Positions 57,801-64,000 of a stretch of 64,000 bases of DNA are shown piece by piece (position 1 is the first letter of the stretch; each line of letters begins with the position of its first letter). Origin of the DNA: an uncultured virus (IMG/VR IMGVR_UViG_3300020197_000012) (lineage: Duplodnaviria; Heunggongvirae; Uroviricota; Caudoviricetes); IMG/VR virus record IMGVR_UViG_3300020197_000012; one strand, 5' to 3'. The translations under genes and the position numbers were made by a program. The notes under the pieces are model-generated. The model worked only from the letters and a program-made list of their open reading frames with translations. It had not been told where the DNA came from and made no database searches.

Positions 57801-60800
57801 TGATACCTCTCTAATACCGCCAGTGGCGGTTAAAGAATCTGTATAATATCTAAAAGTAGTAACTCCAGAGTTTGTATATTGAGAAAGTTCTGGTTTGGTC
57901 AATAAATCAACGTTAATAGTCGTCGATCCTACAGAAGTTATATTATAAATTCCATTATATTTTGATACTTCTACTACAATTTGAGAATATGCATCAACAT
58001 CAGTGTCAACATTATATGCATATGCATTTGAAGTGATTGTACTTAGTCCTACTGGTCTTAGTTTGTAATAGAATACATCAGGTACATTGGTATCAAGTTT
58101 TAAATTAACCTTTGTAGTTGCACTACCATCGCCAGGAGTTCCAGTTCTAGTAATGTTCTTTAAGTTAATTTTATTAGTAAAACTATCATCAAGGTAGAAA
58201 TCCAAGACTAAAGAATTTAAACTTGCATCGCCAATATTAAATGATAATGTATTACCTAATAATCCTTTAATTGGTGGATTAATTGGTGATAGTGTATGCG
58301 ATGCTCCACCAACGGAAGTAAAAACAATACCAGAATAATACGGATTTTTAGCATCATATAAGTATTCTACTAACTGGATCTTATCCTTATCAACTTTAAC
58401 AACAAAATACTCCTCACCATTAATTAATGGTGCAACAGGATTTGCAGAATTGTAAACTACTTTGCTGCCTGTTTTAAAGGTATTATCATATATTGTTATA
58501 GTATTATTCGTGGTTGATACCTGTGTTGAACCAAACCCAACTGGATTGATCAAAATACGAGCACTTGTATTATCAAACTTAACTGTTATATTTTCAGTTT
58601 GATTTGGTAGTAAATCTATGATTATACTATCGTTATGCTTTAAATTATGCTCATCAAATGTAGTAATTACGGCTTCGTTTAGAGAAATTTGACCAATTGG
58701 GTTTTGATAAGTAGTTTTTAATTCATGTGCTAATCCATTTGCTTGACTGCTGTATGGGAAATATAATCTACCAAGAGCAGATGTAATTCCAGCTAATGTT
58801 GTAGAAACGCCAATGAAATCCTGAGTGTCAACAATTACATATACATTACTTCCAGATTGTAAAGTAAATTCACTTGTTAATGCGATATCTGGTGAACATG
58901 TTAATCCAATTCCATTAACTGCTGTATATTTTACTTGCTCTCCATTTATAAACCCATGATTAGGAATATATAAAGATCCAGGTGGAATATTTAATTTTTT
59001 GATTTGTTTGATAACACTTGTAGTTGCAACTCCAACGTTAACAACTGCAGTACTATCGTAGTTTACTAAAATTGAATCTGGGAAACTTTGTGCTACAAAT
59101 CCAGGTGAAATATTTAAATTAAGAATATTTTGAGTTTCTATTAAATCTCCAATTTTAAAGGGATTGCTATAAAATTCAATTTTAGTATATGACCCCTGAC
59201 CAGTCTGAACTCCAATTGGTGTTGCAGTAATTCCAAATCCAATTTGAATTGAAGTTGTAGTGCTACCGTAACCAACATCTAGTTGAGGATTAAAAAATGT
59301 AGAGCGATTTAATTTTGTATTTGCAGAATCTGTAGTTACTCCAATCAAATTTAAAGAAATAGGGACTGAAAATACTTTTCCTTTAAGAGTAACTTCAGAG
59401 GTTGCAGTATGTGCTACAGAAACGGAAGAGTTAAATCCTCTCAAAACTTTATATCCAGTATTTAACCGATTGGAACCTAATACCAATAACTGCTCAACTC
59501 CAATTCCAATAATATCTCCAGGAACTATATTTTTGGTATATGGAGACTCTGTTAAAACTACTTCTGTTGCTATGCCAGTAGCTGCTGTTGTCCCTATTGC
59601 AGTCCTTACTTTAGAGTAGAATGTACTGACACCAGCTTTGTACTTCCCTTCTATAAATTTATATGAAGCTGTGTTAATTCCAGAAATTGTAATTGTTTGT
59701 AAATCTAACAATGCATGTGGTGATGTAAAGATGCCAATTACATTTTTTTCTTGCTGAATAAATTCAATATTTGAATATGTTGTAGTTACATTAGTAATAT
59801 TGCTTATTGCAATTCCAACCAAAGATGTAACTTTTGCATCTAGACCACGACCATTTGTTCCCCTATTATCAAATTCAAGTCTATCATTTATTTTATAAGA
59901 TGATCCCTGTTTTATAACATTAACAAAATCAACTCCAGACTTTTGAACACCCCTTACTAAAACTTTAGCATCATCACCATACCTTAAATCAATACCATTA
60001 TAAACTGAGTATTCACGATTAATTTTATATGGAGAAGTATTTCTAGTGAGATTTTCAGACTCAATTATGTTATAATCTTGAGTATTTGTGGAATTTAAGT
60101 TGAAGTCGTCAACTTCATATGCATAATCATTTAAAACATATGGATAGTTTGTAGTTGTTGCAAAATACGCATAAGTGCCGTTTGGAAAATCTGGTGTTAT
60201 GCAATATCTACCGTTATTTTCATCAAGATCACCATTAGCAGTATATACATAATCTTCTATGAAAAATCCTGGTGGATATGATGGTCTTTCACCCAAAGGA
60301 ATTAATTCATATCCACTTACTAAGGCTTTAATTCCTGTGAGTGTTGATGCATTTGATGAACCATAAGGTCCATAAATTGGATTACCATCATATGCCCATC
60401 CAACTATCGGAGAATGTTCAATGCTTGGGGTTTCATTTAAATTAGCATCTAAATTATCTTCAAGTAAATATCTAAGTTGTTTTGGAACAATTGGACTTAC
60501 TAACTGAGCTGAAATATTAGACTTGTTTAGTGCTCCAATGTAAATAGAATTTGAAGGATTTGTAGGATCATTTATGATAGATTCATATCTTTTGTAGTAA
60601 TTTATATGCCACACTTGAACGTTGGCATCAAAAAATGCGTTTTTCCCTCTTGATACTACAGTTAATATAGTGTTTTGTTTTTTATAATTTTTTCCAGAGT
60701 CTATAACTTCAACATTTATAATTTTACCTTCGCTTATAATAGGTTTAAGGGAAGCAAATGCACCATCTCCAGTTACCACAATATCTGGAACAGATGTGTA

Positions 60801-63800
60801 GCCACTGCCACCGTTTAAAATATAAACCTCAGATATTCCACCATTGATTACAATTGGTTGTAATACGGCGTCTTTTCCACTACTTAATAAAACATTCGGC
60901 TTTCTATTAAAATTAATTATCTCAGGAGTTCCATATTCAGTACCACCACTCTTTAAAAATATATTTGTGACAGAACTAGTAAATACGGGAACTGCAAGTG
61001 CTTGAGAGTTTTCAAATGTACCACCAATTGAAGCAAGGTTTCCACTAACATCCACCGAATTCGGAGTTCCTAATATTTCTAACTGAATTGGAGGAGTATA
61101 GAAAGTATGCTCACCTGTCCCAAAACCTGCCACTTTAACATATTTGTTTTGATCATAGTTCACAGATGATAATGTCGTGCCGATTCCAGCAGATGCAAGC
61201 CTAAATTTATCGTTATCTAATTTAATAATATAATATGCTTGAGATGTATTTAATCCAGCAATGGTAGAGCCAGTTGTATTATAATAGATTAATTCTTTTT
61301 CTGCAAAATTATGACTCTTTGCGTAAATGAAATTTTCTTGTGTATTAATGCCAACAAGTGCTAGAGGTATATTTTGAGGTTGATTTGGTGGATATGATTG
61401 TGGTTCAACTATGACCTTTTTATTTACATATCCACTTCCAGGATTAGTTACTTCAATTCTATCAACAATATTTCTAGTTTTTGTTGATATAAAACTATTA
61501 TTTCCTTTACTAAGCTGAGTTATGTTAATAGTGTTTATACCAGCCAAAGCATTTTCTTCGGTTGTGGTTAACTTTATAGTGCTATCATTAACTTTGATAA
61601 CATAATATTTTGAAAGATCTATTAAATATGCTTTTGTATCCGATTCTCCAGCCGCAGGTGCTCCATCGGTGCCAATTCCTATACCAGTATTGGTATAAGA
61701 TCTATAGATAACTTCCTCACCAGTTTTAAAGTTATGATATGTGCTAAAACCAATTTGATCTGATGTTGTATTAATACCAGAAGAATTAGCTGCAAAATCA
61801 ATTGTAGTAAAAATTGATTTCATTACTGCTTCTGCAGTAGCTCCACTACCGTTACCACCCGTTATTTTAATTGTAGGTGTAGTTAAGTAATCATATCCAG
61901 AATTTAATAATAATGCTCCAGATAGTGACCCCTCAAGATGAACAAATGCAGAAGCTCCAACTCCAACACTATCTTCAATAATAACATTGGGTGGATTAAT
62001 TAAATCATATTCTTCACCACCAGCAGTTACATCAATTGAAGTTAATTTACCATAGAAAACCTTGTCATCACTCTTTGGATATAATACTTCAGTGCCATTC
62101 AGCAGAATTCCCACAGAAAATGGTAAAGGAGATTGTTGAATACTAAAATTACTTTTCTTAATCTTTGGATCTATTGGAATTCTTTTAATTAATTTTTGAT
62201 CTAAAATATTTCTTTGTGCTAAAGAATATAAAATTACTGCATTAGTAATAGCATTTACTGCACCTGATGGCGTAAATGTAATATAACTATCTTGATAAAT
62301 TTTAGCTCTATTATAAGCTAATTTTATTTGAGTATTACTAACTTTTTTTACATAGTATGCACCAGTATTAATTCCAACATTAGCACCAGAATAACTATAA
62401 TAAACTTTATCTCCAGTTTGTAAATTATGATTTACTGTTACATTAAAACTATTTTTTGTTGTAATAATTTCTGTTTCTACTGATCCAATACCAAAATATA
62501 ATGTTCCAGTGTTAGTTGGTATTGAATATGATGGTAAACTTGTTGATGTTACATAAACAGAATCTTTAGCTGGATTTACATAAGTATTTTGAATATCAGC
62601 TAAGTACTTATATTGACCTGCTGGTGATATATGAATATTTCTATAGAGCTTATAATCTAAATTAGAATTTAATGTACCAGAAACAAATTGTAACGCAAAT
62701 GAGGTTGGCGAATAAATTTGAATAACAGTTCCTGATACGGGTGGATTGAACGAATTATCATAATCATCTACATCATAGAGTGTTATTGAGTCCCCTAATT
62801 TAAATCCATGAGGCACCTTAGTATTGATTGTTGCAGGTGATGATGTTTGCGTAATACCATTAGGCTTATCAACAACTTTTATTTCATAAGTATTATTTTG
62901 AAACCAATTATTAAATCTATTATTGTATAATTCAAGATTAATCTCCACATCCTCACCTAAATTTTTAAACCCAATCTCATCTCCAACCTTTAGGTATTTT
63001 GATTTTTCTAAAAGATCGGAATAATTTGATAATATAGAAGTAATTCTCATATATACTGGTTTGTTTTTATCACCATCTTCATATGAATATGCAAAACTAT
63101 TTGCATAAACATTTACAAATTTATCAATTGATGCTGAAATAACACAGTTAAAAAATTGGTTATCATTTTTACCATTATATGTAACATATTCACCATTAAT
63201 ATATAATTCTCCAACATTGGGAAATCCAACTGTAGAATCGACAAAAATCGTATTTTCTTCTACACCAGCACCAATCGTAGTTCTAGTAACAGGACATGCA
63301 ACAAATTTTCCAAGTTTTGTATCATTACTTAATTGAATTTCATGATATACTTGTTCTCCAAGATTAATTAAAGATGATAAGTATACATTTCCGTATGCGT
63401 AGGGAGTATCTTGAATAATTGGTTGTCCATTAATTTTATCAATATCGCCGTAAATAACTTCAACAATTAAATTATCACTTACGCTCCACTGAGCTACAGA
63501 TGGTTTTAATAAGTATTCTGATGGAGTTACTAACTTTACATTAGGATCACCATATAGTACTTTAAATAGAATTTTATAAGACTCTAATGTACCTTTGGTC
63601 TCATAAAAATCTTTAGCTTGCTTTAAGAATAACTTCTTATCAACATTTTCATTTAATGCTTTGTCTTGGAATCCTGGTAAGAATTGTGACTTGATATTCT
63701 TCCATAATTCAACATAAATTAAACTACTGATATTTTTTACTAATGTACCACTTACATGAGCTTCAGCAGTGGTTGATGAGAATACTAGAGACCCTGGTTG

Positions 63801-64000
63801 TGTTTGGCTTTGATATGAATCAATCCCACTAAATCCACGAACACACCCATAAAAATGGGTAGCATCTTTACTAGTGTATGTAATAATCTCATTATCAATT
63901 TTTAATAAGCCATACTTGTTGGGCCAAGATTTAGTTGTTGTTACAGTAATAACATCATCATAATAAGTGATATCTTCTTCTAATGTTGTTGAGTATGCTG
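51843..64000 (-). CDS. gp7: Very large baseplate wedge initiator (gp7-like), partial; begins beyond the right edge
   Basis: The 3735 aa ORF frame appears to stay open to the edge (AYSTTLEEDITYYDDVITV...LKIDNEIITY...CVRGFSG); contains HSPIVGWAYDGNPIYGPYG, RIQDSNYYQSFSYAI, HxFxxGxxVxY repeats and a C-terminal propeller; directly upstream of gp8. Confidence 0.85.
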   Translation of the reverse strand, partial: AYSTTLEEDITYYDDVITVTTTKSWPNKYGLLKIDNEIITYTSKDATHFYGCVRGFSGIDSYQSQTQPGSLVFSSTTAEAHVSGTLVKNISSLIYVELWKNIKSQFLPGFQDKALNENVDKKLFLKQAKDFYETKGTLESYKILFKVLYGDPNVKLVTPSEYLLKPSVAQWSVSDNLIVEVIYGDIDKINGQPIIQDTPYAYGNVYLSSLINLGEQVYHEIQLSNDTKLGKFVACPVTRTTIGAGVEENTIFVDSTVGFPNVGELYINGEYVTYNGKNDNQFFNCVISASIDKFVNVYANSFAYSYEDGDKNKPVYMRITSILSNYSDLLEKSKYLKVGDEIGFKNLGEDVEINLELYNNRFNNWFQNNTYEIKVVDKPNGITQTSSPATINTKVPHGFKLGDSITLYDVDDYDNSFNPPVSGTVIQIYSPTSFALQFVSGTLNSNLDYKLYRNIHISPAGQYKYLADIQNTYVNPAKDSVYVTSTSLPSYSIPTNTGTLYFGIGSVETEIITTKNSFNVTVNHNLQTGDKVYYSYSGANVGINTGAYYVKKVSNTQIKLAYNRAKIYQDSYITFTPSGAVNAITNAVILYSLAQRNILDQKLIKRIPIDPKIKKSNFSIQQSPLPFSVGILLNGTEVLYPKSDDKVFYGKLTSIDVTAGGEEYDLINPPNVIIEDSVGVGASAFVHLEGSLSGALLLNSGYDYLTTPTIKITGGNGSGATAEAVMKSIFTTIDFAANSSGINTTSDQIGFSTYHNFKTGEEVIYRSYTNTGIGIGTDGAPAAGESDTKAYLIDLSKYYVIKVNDSTIKLTTTEENALAGINTINITQLSKGNNSFISTKTRNIVDRIEVTNPGSGYVNKKVIVEPQSYPPNQPQNIPLALVGINTQENFIYAKSHNFAEKELIYYNTTGSTIAGLNTSQAYYIIKLDNDKFRLASAGIGTTLSSVNYDQNKYVKVAGFGTGEHTFYTPPIQLEILGTPNSVDVSGNLASIGGTFENSQALAVPVFTSSVTNIFLKSGGTEYGTPEIINFNRKPNVLLSSGKDAVLQPIVINGGISEVYILNGGSGYTSVPDIVVTGDGAFASLKPIISEGKIINVEVIDSGKNYKKQNTILTVVSRGKNAFFDANVQVWHINYYKRYESIINDPTNPSNSIYIGALNKSNISAQLVSPIVPKQLRYLLEDNLDANLNETPSIEHSPIVGWAYDGNPIYGPYGSSNASTLTGIKALVSGYELIPLGERPSYPPGFFIEDYVYTANGDLDENNGRYCITPDFPNGTYAYFATTTNYPYVLNDYAYEVDDFNLNSTNTQDYNIIESENLTRNTSPYKINREYSVYNGIDLRYGDDAKVLVRGVQKSGVDFVNVIKQGSSYKINDRLEFDNRGTNGRGLDAKVTSLVGIAISNITNVTTTYSNIEFIQQEKNVIGIFTSPHALLDLQTITISGINTASYKFIEGKYKAGVSTFYSKVRTAIGTTAATGIATEVVLTESPYTKNIVPGDIIGIGVEQLLVLGSNRLNTGYKVLRGFNSSVSVAHTATSEVTLKGKVFSVPISLNLIGVTTDSANTKLNRSTFFNPQLDVGYGSTTTSIQIGFGITATPIGVQTGQGSYTKIEFYSNPFKIGDLIETQNILNLNISPGFVAQSFPDSILVNYDSTAVVNVGVATTSVIKQIKKLNIPPGSLYIPNHGFINGEQVKYTAVNGIGLTCSPDIALTSEFTLQSGSNVYVIVDTQDFIGVSTTLAGITSALGRLYFPYSSQANGLAHELKTTYQNPIGQISLNEAVITTFDEHNLKHNDSIIIDLLPNQTENITVKFDNTSARILINPVGFGSTQVSTTNNTITIYDNTFKTGSKVVYNSANPVAPLINGEEYFVVKVDKDKIQLVEYLYDAKNPYYSGIVFTSVGGASHTLSPINPPIKGLLGNTLSFNIGDASLNSLVLDFYLDDSFTNKINLKNITRTGTPGDGSATTKVNLKLDTNVPDVFYYKLRPVGLSTITSNAYAYNVDTDVDAYSQIVVEVSKYNGIYNITSVGSTTINVDLLTKPELSQYTNSGVTTFRYYTDSLTATGGIREVSIGFTGTGYLALPEISSLTSVGGTEAELKLLSDNIGKIKNLNIINSGYNFPTDPSLKPKADIPFVLKLRNNYQLKDVVILDSGKNYLVEPKLICIEHPEIEFDSKLEGGSIQNAKVTINKTGLSLVPPTIIPINNSNGLTVKSAVSDGLVNTLSINSDNGSFIDFPFEVGDKVFVEGIELTEALSGAGGYNSSDYNYAYFDVTSIDTTPGAETVTYSIVGLGSTGGYYDSTNSVGRVIKYDDLAKFTATLEKTDFIENETIFSNGSLFKVYKDGWNSQKDLLKIVGNSFNIGIGNSLVGSKTNSKAVVDEIDYSDAHFNCAGERVKENGWRTRTGFVNDTDQRIQDSNYYQSFSYAINSLIQKNTWINDVEALAHPSGMAVFGDVVVNSKPSLGIGRSFNLMPSTIDTSDTLINILSESSFNTKQYFDKSFEVTTNKGISKDVGLLSKKLFDYSICKTNRVQIVDDISDEFNGTSLLELDNINADGANLLLLNREFIQSEVVGFITNTYPGILSNLDFDSEVCERDVGYIVDAVAYDLKYGGNEKSVAAGLSYWTGVGGTSFVDGESQETIGGFRYIINLSQYVINNVAISTSYQSTPFTISQSYNYTVSVDTDCSPSYNANCCANTLAAINSYVGIVTSIIGIGTTAAPDVTVSNVSKGGTIVGLTSFRLNRNNKRLLSVSFTAQTACGVGQSIINLPNHRFNTGEEIIYDPGAGGTPIAIESTNRVIGGATTNFMPSRVFIYKVDDNRIKVVGLKTDAVPEGNYFKFRDIGSGFGVGAGITHTFYPPYDSANTRCLITIDNIIQKPIARENLYYSLTSSVGLGATIVSLTGITSITPANILRVDDELMKINAVGFGSTNVLSVQRGYMGTISTSHTIGAGVTVLTGDYNVNNGVIYFTTAPYGEVGPVGVSTRSNFSGRVFYRLSYDTNYVFDNIGNSFDGSSSEYELKSYGKDVTGIITDIGNNILGPNYGIITINNILQKPVIDYNITERAAIGIGGSISFTGTSYLDLPKGGIINNVLVGFGSGYQPLVAAYAIPVVSGSGTIQSLVLTSSGSGYRSNVEVNLNSQVGSGASIIALVGTGTSVGIITGFSIISGGTGYASTLPPNVYVGIPTAYSNLPLLGGSGTGAKVNIIVGSGGSVTQFEFANRGLGYKVNDILTISNIPTQVGIATSAFTLTVVDRINDVFSGWHFGNLTLLDDISSQFNGRSKTFLLTKTDLITERYTINALPGSGIDPTNNLIIILNGVVQQPNQAYTLVSGDRITFTEAPPTDSECLIFFYKGSVSDVADVNVSPEVKVGDSLRLLRQTPYVEQLQRVVTNFNTISEVKTTNYIDVGISSDPNFFRTLTLDKQKSDLVIDNVYISKARSILEGKFIPTSRIIKNVKTTDTEIYVENAFPHFSQLDDLLENRNSVILFNEKDTETAKITATVSTAGTVTNYIITNPGFGYASSPEVTVSTVVDLIPQYGKTWVNDDIEVGVATFRNFDFGNGRYVACGDAGKLSTSVNFVNWTSQSLGITNDLKSVAYGNNNWVLVGSGTTILTSTTGLSWTYNTIFLSRVFVGGIIPFDFPPATFSGDINGVDYGFNKFVAVGAGGTALVSEAPTGITTSWVVRTAGTNTLNSVAFGLDNFVAVGDNGAIVRTSDGYVWTNQTSGTSNKLRSVKYLNNCHIAVGDNGTILKSTDGGGTWSNVSEPEFSAYALHDVTYKNSVYIITGSSQLTLVSINGSDWIRTTNSGMDIYRLGTELFNVIGVGQSSQYAVTESEVVKATVTSNISGAGIVTSITVTDPGFGYDSNTPVVVLVSPPTTYYERFDNIKIAGDYGNIVGITTSAAGVSTTSPMIIFQFDSDSVLNQANYGNITKSGIATGDYFIVNNSIVGSGVTTLDGSEGFGVLGIGTTFIDNVYRADNVVSSLSGIVTVYSNVQSITGIGTTAGFTCAKYSWGKIYDYNSRTSPVVFTLNNNGLIGVSTAPLAFRTVPLKVNY

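Noticed and set aside
63048..63050. Start codon of the 3735 aa ORF
   Set aside because: The frame continues upstream with gp7-like sequence to the window edge, so this Met is internal.
1..64000. tRNA, rRNA or photosynthesis genes (psbA, hli)
   Set aside because: None recognised by eye; intergenic gaps are short and explained by promoters and terminators. A tRNAscan-SE run would be needed to be sure.

Overview
A 64 kb segment of an AT-rich T4-like myophage. The gene set (mazG, hsp20, cobS/VWA, DUF4815-type structural protein, very long gp7) and gene order point to a T4-like cyanophage; the host is inferred, as no photosynthesis genes are in the window. Every credible gene is on the minus strand. 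In transcription order (right to left): partial gp7-like baseplate wedge, gp8, large virion protein, fibre-like protein, gp13-16, a modular basic protein, gp17-23, gp3, uvsY, uvsW, gp55, gp47, gp46, peptidase-VWA protein, a late Ala/Lys-rich protein, cobS-like AAA+, gp45, gp44, a free-standing HNH endonuclease, gp62, regA, hsp20, a nucleotidyltransferase, gp43, uvsX, gp41, mazG and a partial Pro-rich late protein. T4-type late promoters ((A/C)TAAATA), sigma70-type promoters and intrinsic terminators are readable. Highlights: (1) a phycobiliprotein-like domain with an intact bilin-attachment-type C-x-R-D motif inserted in the baseplate protein; (2) late-promoter cassettes encoding apparent gp21-processed head polyproteins; (3) a ROSE-like RNA thermometer on hsp20, flanked by two candidate late small RNAs; (4) an HNH insertion that duplicated the 3' end of gp44; (5) a perfect-consensus antisense promoter back-to-back with the gp55 promoter. 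All family assignments come from recognising motifs by eye; no searches were run.
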